The notes: a model not told the origin generated them from the sequence alone. Positions 14,185 to 27,659 are shown, counted from the first letter of the stretch. The stretch: 64,000 bases of DNA from Octopus sinensis (GCF_006345805.1 NC_042998.1:44516001-44580000), one strand, 5' to 3'. Program-made: numbers and translations.

Positions 14185-14350
14185 GCCATAGAATAATGAT
14201 GTCTAATTTATGCAAAACTCCATTACTTTTGAGGGGACGGCTTTTAGGATAAAAATCCACCTCAATCCTAGCTGTATTTGAACTCAGAACGTAAAAGGTT
14301 GAAACAAATGCAGCAAGGTATTTTGTACGACAACAATGCTTTGCCGTTAA
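14185..14350 (-). mobile_element. Degraded SINE family B
   Basis: TTTGAACTCAGAACGTAAAAGG..AAATGCAGCAAGGTATTTTG matches the family B head in reverse. Confidence 0.6.
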
Positions 14351-14625
14351 TAAAATTATGAGAAACAAAGAAATAAGATTCAATAATGAAATGACTGCCT
14401 TGCGCAGTTTTTTTTTCCAATAGAACACATGACGGTGTTGAACTTCTCTATTTTTAGTTTAGAATTTTAGCATTTGTTCATTAGTTTATGTTTCCATAAT
14501 TGGATTGGGACAATAACATTCCTAGATTCACATTCGACGATTCCAGACCTTCAGTCTCATTTTCTCTCATTTTCAACAAATGAATATAATTGGCGTCTGA
14601 GTTGCTATTTCATATACTGCTGGAA

Positions 14626-14676
<51 letters not shown>

Positions 14677-14931
14677 AATTAACATATATATATATAAACA
14701 CATATTTCCTCTCCCGTTGCAACACTCCCCTCAACTGTGAGTGGGTAATCATTCAGGAGCAATGTTGGCCTGCACTCTTGGGTACCTAGAAGATTGTGAG
14801 GAATCATATTGTCACCATCAAGGCAATAGAAAAACATCTGATAGTATGGTCGATTCAGAGACGTAGTGATATATCCATATTTATATATGTTCACACGTAC
14901 ACACATACATACATAGAACTATGTATGTATG

Positions 14932-14972
<41 letters not shown>

Positions 14973-15052
14973 GTGGGGGTGTATGTATATATATGTATCT
15001 ATCTATCTATATATATGTATGTATGTGTGTATGTATGTGCATGTGTGTCTAT

Positions 15053-15091
<39 letters not shown>

Positions 15092-16749
15092 AAGAGAATG
15101 AGAGAGATGGGGAGAGCTATCGCAGTTTCTGCCTACAAAGTCACTCACAAGGCACTGGGTGGCCACAGGGTAACAGTAGACTATTTCCCGATGAACAGTG
15201 CATCAGAAGCAAACCCGAATCTATGTGGCCCTGTAGCTGTAAAGCGAGTTTATATACCACACAATCATGCCTTACCTCATACATAAATACACACCGCACA
15301 CAAACACACACACATACACATACATACACACATACATACATAGATATGTATGCAGGAACATTGAGAACACGTTCAAGGAAAATGAACTGTCCCAAAGCAC
15401 GTTTAAAACAAGCCTGTAACACCAACCGCATTTAAATTTTTGTACCCAAGCTTGCAGGTGTCTGACTGCATGTATATTTTGATTTATTATCTCTACTGTC
15501 TATTATTGTTTAGCCATAAGCAAAATGTTGATGAATTCAATTCAAGCGTACCTAGTATTGACTATTCGCCAGCTATGTACACTTGGTACAGGAACATTCG
15601 AAATCACTTAAACTATCAGATTAAGTTCGATAACATTTTAATGAGCGTTTTTTCCCCCCACATTTTTGGCACTCGGCATTCTTGTAGTTCTTTAACAATT
15701 TTTAGTTTCTGATAGAATGTTTGTCATTATTGCTAAACATTTAATTTTGTCTATATTGTTTGCTCGACTGTAGCTATATTTTAGTCTCCCGCCTTCACCT
15801 CAGATCTTTTTGTTTCTTTCAATTCAGTGTATTCACCTTTTGTCTTAGTTTATATCACCTTTATAATATCGTATTTACCTTGATTTAGAAGTTTTGATTA
15901 AATTTGAGGAAAACTAACCTCTGTGTATGTTATTCCATTTTCATTATTCCTAATGTCTCTGCTCTTTTGATATTGGTTTTATTTTCAAAAATTAATATTT
16001 CTGTGAGCTGTTATTGTTGTGGTGGTTATTCTCTAATCCCTGGTCAAGCCCCGATTAAGCTGACCAATAATCAAAGGCAGTCTAGTTACATCCAAACAAC
16101 GTTTTTCCCTGCCTAGTATATGGGCTCAACCGTTGACTACTCTGTGACGGTGTGACATTGCTGTCAATTATATAATTATATGTTGTTCTTGTAGCTTTAA
16201 GAATACATCATTAACTTTTCTTGCTTCCAAGGATGCTCCTCGATTCACGATAATCTTGGTAATATTTTGCAAGATATCTACCTTATTTACAATCCATTTA
16301 TCGTTTCTTTTTCGTATCTGTTAGCCTTCTCTAACGTGTAATTTATACGAATAAAAAGCGATTTCTCCTTTCTCCCAGTGCTATTCATTCTTATGCATTT
16401 CTAGAGTAGCTAACTTCCCTTCAGATGCTATAATTTATCATTTTTTGTAGGTGTTTTTACTTTTATTGCTTATTTCTTCTATACTCCCAAAGTACGTAGT
16501 TGCCTTTGTATATCCACTGCTTATTGTATTGAATGCAACATGTGCAGAGTTTCGCAGTGCTGTTTCCTATATATAGTGCATGTTTGAAAATCATGAGATT
16601 TTACTTATGTTTCTTACCATCGTTCTTTATCATTTCTAATGTACCTATTAATATGGATCGTTTTTGGATTTGGTTTGCAAGATTCTTTATATGAGTTCGT
16701 GTGTTGAAGCATATTCTGTTATGTCTGGGGAGAGTCATTTTCTTTTTTT

Positions 16750-16980
16750 GCCGCGAGCTGGCAGAAACTTTAGCACGCCGGGCGAAATGCGTAGCCGTAT
16801 TTCGTCTGCCGTTACGTTCTGAGTTCAAATTCCGCCGAGGTCGACTTTGCCTTTCATCCTTTCGGGGTCGATAAATTAAGTACCAGTTACGCACTGGGGT
16901 CGATGTAATCGATTTAATCCGTTTGTCTGTCCTTGTGCATCCCCTCTGTGTTTAGCCCCTTGTGGGTTGTAAAGAAATAT
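16750..16980 (+). mobile_element. SINE family B monomer (head + one 184-bp-type body)
   Basis: Near-identical to the reverse complement of 6060-6300. Confidence 0.93.
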
Positions 16981-17094
16981 TTTCTTTTTGTGCCTTATAA
17001 TGTAACACACTCACCGGTTAAATTTCCACTTATTTCTTATTTTTATTTGCCTAAAATTTTCGTTGCGTCTTGCGACATTTTTTAATAGTCTTGA

Positions 17095-17790
17095 GATAAT
17101 AGAGATAATTTCTGTTTTCCATCTGCTCATTCTGATTATTTCTATATCTAAATCGTTATATTTCTATATTTACTCAATTTCTGTCTGAGTTTTATTAGCT
17201 TCCGTTGGTACTGATACGTAAATAGATGTTGCTACCTTCTTTAGTGGTTCTTGTCAAAAATATCCGGTTATTTAAACCTTGATCTCCTTGTCAGTCTGAA
17301 AAGGTATATCCCATAGTATAGTCGCTTTCTCATATTCTATTTACTTGGGTGGATGTTGTTATCGTTTCCTTTCAGGTGATATTCCGAAATGCTGTTATGA
17401 AAACCCCGACCCTTCCATGCCCTTATATATTTTTCAGGGCTAAGACTTGACAACGACAGAAAAAAGCCGTTAACATTTTCTTTCTAAATCTCTCATATAA
17501 CATAATATATTGTTTCATTACGTGCTTTGGTGTTTCTGTTAGTAATGCTTTGATTTTGCGCTGCAACCAAGAACCCTTCACTTCTAGTCCTACTGTTCTC
17601 ATTGAGTGCTACATCTTTTCATTGCCGATTTCTATCCTCCCCAATTTTCGTGGTAATAGCCGCATAGAATTTATATATATATATATATATATTCACTTAT
17701 GTGTATATTTTGTAACAATTTTCCTTTTGCATAAGAGCATGACCCCAATTCTATGGATTCTTAGTAAAATCATTAATTCTGTTTCATACT
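17095..17790 (-). mobile_element. Degraded R4/Dong-clade C-terminal fragment
   Basis: RLLPRKLGG, SEGFLVAAQNQSITNRN, EKATILWDIPF, QTDKEIK, KYNDLDIEIIRM..WKTEII in correct order. Confidence 0.7.
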
Positions 17791-17851
17791 TTTAGGGGTG
17801 TCCTTATTGTTAATATTTAGAGGCTACTCTAGCTTGATTTGTGTCCCATTA

Positions 17852-18150
17852 AAAATATTGGTTTCAAATTTTGGCACAAGGCCAGTAATTTCGAAGAAGA
17901 GTTAAGTCGATTAGATTGGCCCCATTTCTGAATAAGCACTTATTTCATCCCCACGAAATGATGAAAGGCAAAGTCAATCTCGGCGGCAGTACACCAGTAC
18001 ATTATATATTGAATTTTTCCTTTGGGGAAATATCACAAATTTGTAAGGGAAGAATACATTCAGTCGTAGAGACAACGAAATAATTTAAGTCATTGTGTTA
18101 AGGTTTCTGTCACAACCCCCAAATCAATAATTGAACTCAGAACGGACGAA
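17852..18150 (-). mobile_element. SINE family B (alternative tail) interrupted by a 140-bp insertion
   Basis: ...GGCAAAGTCAATCTCGGCGG at 17986 resumes as TTGAACTCAGAACG at 18131. Confidence 0.8.
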
Positions 18151-19203
18151 AACTTTCCACTTTATCCAATTAAAAATGTTAAAACTACTGAGATTTTTAG
18201 AATATAGTTGATTAGTATACTGTTTTTACACTTAGTTTTGCTTTAGATATTAAGTCCTAACTCCTAGTGTTCATTGCATTTATCCTATTTAATGTACCCT
18301 GCCTATTTTATAATTTTCTAACTATTTTCAAATATATGTGTCACCTAATTTTTCTACATTACATTTTTCTTGATTTATTATGATATTAGTATTCTTAATC
18401 TTGCTTTCTTCAACATAGCACGGTGCATTTTTTCTAATTCTAAACTCATACCAAGTATTCTAGTAAATATATGCAGTGCTTCGAGCTGTTTCTCATCTGC
18501 AGCGTTCAACGTGACATCATCCACACACAAAAGATGGATGATTGCCCTTTTATAGCATTTGTACCCCTGTCTTGTTTTGTTTAAAATGCTGATTAGAGGT
18601 TATTACTAACCAAGATACGAGTATGGAGAAGGAGTCCTACGACTTCAGAACGTATCTTAAGTTAACTAATCAATTGGAATAGAATATAATTTTTAGTTGG
18701 CTTTTTATCTTTCTACAAAAATTTGATGCAAAAATATAGTCACTATTTCGTTTCTCGTAGAATGTTAGAGCTACGAATTAAAATACGAATGTACAATACA
18801 AATTTCTTTTTTTTTTACCTATTTATATATTTTCTGCTCTCATTGTAAGACTTGAGGATAACGTTATTATTCACTTCTTTAATGCATTTTGCTCAGGTTT
18901 CTATATGATCAGTCTAAAAGGACTAATGCACTAGAAATTATATGCAGTATCTAAAGCAGTAAAGCTTTTCAAGACAGATTTAGCATATATGTGCTGACAG
19001 GAGAGAAAATGGGTTTGTAGTGAGGTGCATGCTTTTCTCACGAACACGTACTTTCCCTAAAGGACACCAGTACATTATATATTGAATTTTTCCTTTGGGG
19101 AAATATCACAAATTTGTAAGGGAAGAATACATTCAGTTGTAGAGACAACGAAATAATTTAATTCATTGTGTTAAGGTTTCTGTCACAACCCCCAAATCAA
19201 TAA
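17991..19203 (+). repeat. 140-bp direct repeat pair (17991-18130 and 19064-19203)
   Basis: ACACCAGTACATTATATATTG...CACAACCCCCAAATCAATAA twice, 2 substitutions seen. Confidence 0.95.
18400..18650 (-). mobile_element. Degraded R4/Dong RT core fragment (probably the same copy as 17095-17790)
   Basis: DSFSILV / PLISILNKTRQGYK / IIHLLCVDDVTLNAADEKQL / LGMSLELEK, aligning with GDSLSP / HLxYMDDLKL / GMxFGLDK. Confidence 0.7.
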
Positions 19204-19247
19204 CCCCCTCCTACCCTTCACACTCCCTTCCTCATCACTATTATCAA

Positions 19248-19283
19248 TTGTAGTAGTAGTAGTAGTAGTAGTAGCAGCATCAA

Positions 19284-19325
<42 letters not shown>

Positions 19326-19363
19326 CAGTAGTGGTGGTGGTGGTGGTGGTGGTGGTGGTGGTG

Positions 19364-19422
<59 letters not shown>

Positions 19423-19424
19423 CA
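19248..19424. repeat. (TAG)n/(TGG)n trinucleotide array
   Basis: Directly visible. Confidence 0.95.
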
Positions 19425-21348
19425 TTGTCTGTGTCTTTTATTATTACATATGAGACATGATTAAAATCGATATCATTATTGACTTAGCGCAACTGGAATT
19501 TAAAGAGAAATGTATCTTAGATTGCGATTAAATTATTTGATTTTGAAATATTGCCGGCAGATATACGAGTTTTAAAGTATGACAAATTTTAAATAGGCAT
19601 TCCCTTGCAGGAATAATTTAATCAGGGCAATTAATCCGTTATCTTATGATATTCAATAATTATAGAATAATTATAGGGTCACACATCATCTATATTAAAT
19701 GAAATCCAAGAACCAACATAATAATCTATTGGGTATTATTCAAACAAAATATCCAAATTGTTAATATTGTAAGATGAATATCTGCGGAAAATCTACAACG
19801 TGTGTGATATATAGTAGTGTAAGTCAAAATCTAAAATTAATATTATGTACTAACAAGAATTTATAATTAATTTATTTATGTCGTTCAAAGTCATTTAAAT
19901 ACTCATTTAGGATTCTTTCATCAAAAGTATACAAACCATATCCAACCCGTGTTCTGAGCTATAGCTTACCTCAGACTACATTAATGATTTTTTTTTCTCT
20001 TCTTAAGATCAAATGTTGTCACCTGAGAGAGATTTGGTTACTAATTCTAGCAGACCGAACGACTACATAACGGCTATCTTATTTGAGGAGGAATTCCTTG
20101 TATGATGAAAACCACCTTAAGAAAATGTATCATTCAACCACGGTAGTGGTTGAATGTATTCTTAAGTCCACCATTTCGTCAATCGCAGAAGCTTCCAATC
20201 CTCCCCCCACAAATTTAGTTCTCAACTATATTGCAAACTGGAAATAGTTTTAAAGAGGACACCTCCTCAGCTACACATTGGCATAAATAGTTCAGTAGAA
20301 AAAAGTTACATCAAAATAGAAAAGAGTTACATCAAAATATCTGTAAAGAGTGATAAATTAGAAGAACTGACATTCTTTGCTGCAATATTTTAAGTAAAAA
20401 GTTTCTTATTCTTTACTTTACTAGAAGTAATAGCTTGTCCTATACTTTTACAGGTGTAATAACTTGTCCTGTACTTTTCCAGGTTTATAATCTCAAGAAT
20501 ATGACTTTTCATGCTCGCATTTTGCCATGTAACAACGATATATGTTAGCAAAAATAGGTTTTTAGAAGAACCATTGTACACCTGAAACTAAAGAGACTTT
20601 AGATGTCATATATCAAAACAATACTACTACCTATGATACAAGTATTCTAATCTATTAAAAAATGTTACAAGGGACGGAAACGTATTTGAATTTAGAATTT
20701 TTTTATCTGGAAAGAATATTAAAGCCATTCTTTTCCCTTGTTTCAGTCATTTGAGGTAACCTATCGTGGGCGCGTGTATATATATTGGTACTAAACCCGA
20801 ATTTCGTGAATTTAGCTTTTTAACTGTACGGCTATGCCGGCACTTATATAGATTATCAAAAATGTATATAAAAGAAAGTTGCACTAATCAAAGTGAAGTC
20901 TTCTATTCACCGCTATACTGAATTTTGATTAACATGATTAATTTTAAAAGTTGTTAACCTGACCTTTGAAGACGATAGAAATGTATCATCTTTTATCTTG
21001 TTAGATGTGAAAATTCGAAAGTCTTTTCGCCTGTGAAAATGATGAATTAAAATCTATGAACAAATCTAGCAAAGAAAATAGAAAATACTCAGTCTTCTAT
21101 AGTAGATGTGTGAGGAATTCAACATATCAGTATGAGGTTATTCTTTCATATTATAATAGCAATAGTACATTGATCGTGGGCTTTACAAAAGCTAGAATTC
21201 CTAGACAAAAGGAAACAAGGTAGACGTGTCTTAGACTCACAAACGCTGATGTCGTAATCGAGTTTAAATCTCTTTTACTATAAGTTGTAAAAGCTTGCAA
21301 GATAAATAAACAAAGAAAGAAAGAAAGAAAAAGAAAGAAAGAAGAACA

Positions 21349-21387
<39 letters not shown>

Positions 21388-21789
21388 ATTTTGATACATT
21401 GAAAGAATCTTGATAAACATTCTATTCTTTTGATAATATAAAACATACTTCCGGTGCATTTTAGGTACATTTTCTAGATTAATGTAAATATGTTTACATA
21501 AATCTTGTTCTCCCTTTACGCGGTTTCCCCATTAAGTACTTTATGTTTTTTATCTATTGATGTCCAGAGGTGTGATATATTTCTGATCAAGCGAGATTAA
21601 AAGAAATAAAAGCATGAGTAGGTAGCAGAGCGATATGACATGACGCATTAAGTTTAGGCGAGATGAGAATACTGAACAAAAAAACAATGAATGTATTAAA
21701 ATTGTTCTCGTCCTTCAGTAATAACAATTCAGTGAAAAGCAGTTTATTACCACAACATGGTGCGTGAATTACATATTACTTAATATGAA

Positions 21790-22002
21790 TATTTCAAATT
21801 CTGCCACAAAGGCAGCTTGGTGGGAGGTGGGGATTTGTCGATTACATCGATCCCAATTTTCAACAGGTACTTGTTTTTATCAACTCCGAAATGATGAAAG
21901 GCAAAGTCAACCTCGGCGGAATTTGAACTTAGAACGTAGCGACGGGCGAAATGCTGCTGAGCATTGCGTCCAGCATGCTAACGATTCAGCCAACTTGCCA
22001 TC
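21790..22002 (-). mobile_element. SINE family B (alternative tail), diverged
   Basis: TGAAAGGCAAAGTCAACCTCGGCGGAATTTGAACTTAGAACG...GCTAACGATTCAGCCAACTTGCC. Confidence 0.85.
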
Positions 22003-22009
22003 TTCATGC

Positions 22010-22420
22010 TACTCTTTTACTCTTTTACTTGTTTCAGTCGTTTGACTGTGGTCATGCTGGAGCACCGCCTTTAGTCGAGCAAATCGACCCCAGGACTAAT
22101 TCTTTGTAAGCCTAGTACTTATTCTATCGGTCTCTTTGCCGAATCGCTAAGTTACACGGACGTAAACACACCAGCATCGGTTGTCAAGTGATGTTAGGGG
22201 GACAAACACAGACACGCAAACATATACACACATGCATACATACATATACATATATACGACGGGCTTCTTTCAGTTTCCGTCTACCAAATCCACTCACAAG
22301 GCTTTGGTCGGCCTGAGGCTATAGTAGAAAACACTTGCCGAAGGTGCCACGCAGTGGGACTGAACCCGGAACCATGTGGTTGGTAAGCAAGCTACTTACC
22401 ACACAGCCACTCCCACGCCT
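22010..22420 (-). mobile_element. SINE family A, full length
   Basis: Reverse complement of the 10800 copy with intact A/B-box-like motifs. Confidence 0.93.
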
Positions 22421-23756
22421 AATATAATGTTTCGTTTTGGTAGAAAAATTCCAGCAATCCAGTTATATACAAAAGTTTAAGTATCCTAGGTACAAAAGAG
22501 TCGGTAACAACAACGGATTTTATACTATGATATTAATAATGAGGCATAATATATTCATGATTACAAGTGACATATCAAATTATTCTTTACTCTTTTCCAC
22601 TTTTACTTTTGTGAATCATTGAACTACGACTATATCGGGGACACAACTTTAACGTGCTTTGGTGGATGTAAATGCAATCCTTATGTTTTGGGGGGGTTTT
22701 TTTGTATTATGCTTCTTTTTTTGTCGGTTTCTGTTTTACAGAACTAAAATGTTCCTGCACCAGAAACAAACACCGAGTATCAAGGGTTGTTACATGATGA
22801 CAAGCGACAAAGAGAGAGACAGACAGAGAGAGAGAGAGAGGAACCACAAACAAACGTACATACACATATACACAGACATGTATGTACACGCATGCACATA
22901 TTCACACACATGCACATATATGTACACACATGCACGAAAGGCTTCCACACACAATTTCCACCAACCGAATTCCTACACAAGACGTTGAGAGATTTGGTGT
23001 TAATGTGAAAGACATAAGCCCAAATTAATGTAGTGGGATTGAACCCAAACAAACTGATTTAGAAGTAGACTCCTTAATCACACAATTATGTCTGAACTTA
23101 ACATTTAATTTTCGTGTCGAGAAACGCAACGAATCCCATGAGCCGTGTAGAATTTCCAAACTAACAAGTCGGAAGTGCATGCGGTACGTTATCCAATCAC
23201 CAATTTGACAGCAATAAGTATACATATATGTTCATATTATTGCCTTCAGTGTCACGTGGTACAAAGCACCTAATATCTAACTATTAATACTTTGTTGGTT
23301 GTTGTATGCAGTAACAAAGTCTTATCTACTTCTCGGAGTAGAGATAACGAAGCAATTCTATGATTGAATTGGAAATCATAAATTTCTTTTTCTGATTATT
23401 TCAAATTTCCAATATTTAAATGGTAATCTCGGTAAGAAAAATATGGTTATATAACTTGCTACAGTTTCACTCTCCTAAGAATATTTATAATATATCTATA
23501 TACTGTCTATGGAAACGATTGGAAATAATATAACTATATATTCTCTTTAAATAATTTTAATACCAATAAAAATACTTATCTTCATGGAACAAGTCCGATA
23601 TGATATTTAAAGACCCTGATACATGAAGCATTAAAATACCGTCTTTAGGGATCTAGAAGAGAGCTTAATATCAGGAAAGCCGACTGAATGTCTTCTTAAA
23701 GCGCACAATGTAGATATTACATATGGGCACGATCTCTCATTGCTGTTATTAATTGA

Positions 23757-23811
<55 letters not shown>

Positions 23812-24113
23812 ATAAATATAAATGTAAGTATACTTATTTTACTTATACTTATAAGTATACTTATTATACTTATTATATTATATTTATTATTCTTTTTATA
23901 CTTTTTGGGAAAAAAATTATATATATATATATTATATATTATATTAATTGTATTTATATTATTTGTTATTTATGTATTGGTTTACGTCTATCACTGTTTG
24001 AGTTGCATAATAGTGGTTTTATCTCTAATTCATATTTTATATATTTATACTGTGAAATTTGATTTAATACTAAATTGAATTTTTCCCTGTAAGTTTGGAG
24101 CTATACTCCCTAA

Positions 24114-24170
<57 letters not shown>

Positions 24171-24356
24171 GTTTGACTTTTGCTTTATGTCTGTACAAGT
24201 TGGCTCCAAGTCTCACCCAGAGACCTCAAGAGACAACAGGTTGGAAGTTCTGTGCCATATATTTGGGTTTTTTTTTTTTTTGGTGTTGTACTAGTGAATG
24301 TCTAATACATAAAATAAATAAATAAATAAAAAAAAAGTTTGTTTTAAACCTTGGGA

Positions 24357-26960
24357 TTACATAGAGAGTATTTTGCGTAGGATATGAGCAGTTCCCATGA
24401 GCACTATCTTTTGAATTTCTGCCATTTTGGGGTTTCCTGGTATCTGAGTTAGGTAGCAATCAGTCCCTTTCGCTATCATTCCCAGGGCACCTATGACAAC
24501 AGGTATTGTTTTAGTCTTCAGCTTCCACATTTTGCTGATTTCTATTTCAGGATCTTTATATTTGCTCAGTTTTTGGTAGGTCTTGGCAGATACGTTTATA
24601 TCGATTGGAACAGTCATATCAATGAGGAGGCATGTTCTTTGTCTGAAGTCTTTCAATATAATGTCTGGCCTATTTGCATCTATCTTCCTGTCAGGTTGAA
24701 TGGTGAAGTTCCAGAGGAGTGAGATGTGGTCATTTTCAAGCACAGGAGGTGGATTGTGTTCCCACCAGTTTTTTTCATGGGGCAAATCCAGGTTTTTGCA
24801 AATTACCCAGTGAATATATTGTGCAGCTCTATCATGCCTACTGAGGTACTCTGTAGGCGCTAGAAGACTGCATTTGGAGACAACATGGTCAATGGTTTCA
24901 TTTTGTTGTCGGCATACACGACATGTTGGGCTACTGCCGTTCTTTAATATGTTGGCCTGGTAGTTTCTTGTTGGTAGGCATTGATCTTGAGCTGCTATGA
25001 TAAACCCCTCTGTTTCAGATTTTAAGCCAGAGGCCATTAGCCATTGATGGGTCGGAGCTTTGTCGATATCTGCATTATTCGCTCTCTTTGGGTATTTGCC
25101 ATAGAGAGGTTTTTCTTGCCATTTATTATTCAGAATATCTAAGGCCGCAGTTTTGGCACGGGTTTTCATGCGCCTAGCTTTTTCTGTGCATGTTTCTTGT
25201 ATATCTATCTCTAATTCCGAAATTGGTTGTATTCGGAATTCACTTAGATATTGCTTTGCCTGTTTTGTGACTGAGTATGATGCTTTCTTGTTTTCATGTT
25301 TTGAGACAAGTTTTAACATCCAGTCCTCAGAGTTTTTCAGGTAGGTGTCTAGGCCAATTGTAGCAATCTTCATTGTTATTGCCAGTTGCAAAAGACCACG
25401 GCCTCCCTCTTTTCTTGGCAGATAGAGTCGTTCTGTATCTGCCTTAGGGTGGTGCATTCTATGCATTGTCAACAGTTTCCTTATTTTTCTGTCGAGCTGA
25501 CATATTTCAGTAATTGACCAGTTAACAATATTGAAACTGTAAGTCACGACTGGTATGGCTAATGCATTGATCGCTTCGATCCTGTTTCTTGCATTCAGCT
25601 CTGTCTTGAGTATTGCTCTCACTCTTCGATAGCATTCTCTCCTGATCCTTTCCTTCATCTCTGAATGCCTTATTCCGTTCCCTTCAATTACCCCTAGGTA
25701 CTTGTAGCTCTCCGCTGGGTCTAGTTCTTTTATGACATTCTGTTGGTCAAGGTTAACGTTAGATGTTTCTGTCATTTTTCCTTTGATAAAGGTAGCCTTT
25801 GCACATTTATCGAGGCCGAATTGCATTCTGATGTCGTCACTGAATTGTTTGACTATCGCTAGTAAGCCCTTGAGTTGTTGGTCATTTTTTGCAAAAAGCT
25901 TTAAATCATCCATGTAAACGAGATGATTTATATTTTTATCAAACATTTTATACCCGTACTGCGCGTCATTGAGCAGCTTTGAGAGAAGTATTAAGGATAA
26001 ACAAAAGAGGAGTGGTGACAGTGAGTCACCCTGGAAGATGCCACACGAAATTTTTACATCACCAGCATTTAGGGATTCATTGTCACTGTTCAGAGTTAGT
26101 GTGGTTCTCCATGATCTCATACTTACAGTCAAGAAGTTTCGCAGAGTATGTGCTATCTTATACATTTCCAGGCATTTCCTAATCCAGCTATGTGGTAGGC
26201 TATCAAAAGCCTTTTTATAGTCTATCCAGGCTATTGATAAGTTTTTGTGTCGTTTGTGACAATCTTCTAAGATCATCTTATTGATGAGTAGTTGGTCTTT
26301 ACAGCCGTAGGATCCACGTTTACATCCTTTCTGTTCATTAGGGAATATGCTGCTGTCTGTTAAAAAACTATAGGTATATTCCGTCAGGACAGATGTTAGT
26401 GTTTTGTACATAGTTGTTAAGCAGGTTATGGGTCTATAGTTTTTTAGTTCATTTTTTTCTTCACTTTTTGGAAGCAGGAATGTTAACCCATTAACTAGCC
26501 AAGGAGGCATCCTACTAGGGTGTTGCAAAACATCATTGTACAGTTCTGTTAGCAGTTCATGGCTCTCTGGGAAGGCATTCAGCTAGAAGTTAGGGATTTT
26601 ATCCTTTCCTGGTGACTTCCATTTACTTGACCTCCTGAGAGCAGATCTTATATCTTCTACCTTGACACCCTCCCACTTTTGCTCTTCTAAGGGGTCCAGT
26701 TCTGTAGATATTCTGTCAATCCAGGGGGCCTTTTCGTTGTGTGTTTTTTCTTCTGCCCAGATTTTATTCCAAAATCCCTGCACTTCTTCTTTTGATGGTA
26801 CAGACCTTGCAGTAAACGCTGTTTTTCCTATCTTTCTGTAAAAATTCTTGGTGTTATTTTTGAACATGTTGTTGTCCTTGAAAAATCTAACACGCTTTTC
26901 ATACCTCGCTATGCGGGCAGCTTTGGCAGATACCTTTTGTTTGATGGTTTCTATGGTGGG
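24357..26960 (-). pseudogene. RT / zinc knuckle / restriction-like endonuclease polyprotein, 5'-truncated, one in-frame stop at 26583-26585
   Basis: NYRPITCL, EQKGC..GSYGCKDQLLINK, WIDYKKAFDSLPH, GIFQGDSLSPLLF, YMDD, YKYLG, CRVC..ETIDHVVSKC, RHD, RPDIIL..LIDMTVP..KLSKY; ORFs 26583-26867 and 24357-26528 are in the same frame, separated by TAG in IPNF*LNAF (likely TGG>TAG). Confidence 0.95.
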
Positions 26961-27043
26961 CAGATACCTTTTGTTTGATGGTTTTTATGGTGGGCAGATA
27001 CCTTTTGTTTGATGGTTTCTATGGTGTCAGATACCTTTTGTTT
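26927..27043 (-). repeat. 3.5 tandem copies of a 34-bp unit at the 5' truncation junction
   Basis: CAGATACCTTTTGTTTGATGGTTTCTATGGTGGG at 26927, 26961, 26995 (33 bp) and partial at 27028. Confidence 0.95.
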
Positions 27044-27066
27044 TATTTTTATTATTATTATTATCA

Positions 27067-27657
27067 TTCAGTAGTTTTATTTTTATAGCGTGCTTTCACT
27101 TCACTACCGAGCGCAGCTCTGTGTGCCTTGGGTATGTGCTGTGATTTGTTCTGATGCTCTGATGGTTATTGTATGGAAAGTGTTCTGCGTAGGATTTGTG
27201 CAGTGCCTAGTAGTGCAATTTTCTGTATGTTATATGTGTTTGTAAGTCCTGGTGTTTTTGTTATGTATTTGTCTGAATATTTTTTTATCATGCCTAATGC
27301 ACCTACTATGATAGGAATTGTTTCTGTTTTCAGGTTCCACATTCTAGTTACCTTTATTTCCAGGTCTTTGTATTTTGAGAGTTTCTCCATTTCTTTTAGA
27401 GACACGTTGTCATCTGCCGGTATTGATACATCAATTAGAAAGCATTTTTTTCTTCATGATCTCTGACAACTATATCTGGTCTGTTGGCCTTAATTTCTCT
27501 ATCTGTGTGTATCGGCATATCCCAGAGTATGGTTGCTTTCTCGTTTTCTGTGACCTTTTCTGGTGTGTGCCTATACCATCTTTTTTCTGTTGTTATTCTA
27601 TAATGTTGGCATAGCTTCCAATGTATGTAGGTTCCAACTCTGTCATGTCTGTGAATA

Positions 27658-27659
<2 letters not shown>
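27067..27659 (-). mobile_element. 5'-truncated R4/Dong family A (RLE C-terminus + 3' UTR)
   Basis: YIHRHDRVG, KATILWDMP, IKANRPDIVV, KLSKYKDLEIKVTRMWNLKTETIPIIVGALG; 3' UTR shared with 4013 and 7685; (TAA)n on both sides. Confidence 0.93.

Larger units (their letters stand above)
24170..27043 (-). mobile_element. 5'-truncated R4/Dong-clade non-LTR retrotransposon (family B), near intact
   Basis: Single long ORF with RT, CCHC and RLE; ~185-bp 3' UTR running into (TAA)n at 24115-24170; (TAA)n also at the 5' side (27046-27066). Confidence 0.95.

Noticed and set aside
20390-20581. Candidate minus-strand exon after TTTCAG with an Ig-like LEIINL..YYTC pattern
   Set aside because: The pattern overlaps a 29-bp tandem duplication (20434-20491), W-to-strand spacing is too short, there is no clear donor and no neighbouring exons
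22735-22800. Strong polypyrimidine + ACAG splice acceptor
   Set aside because: No convincing donor or recognisable peptide; such sites are common in T-rich DNA
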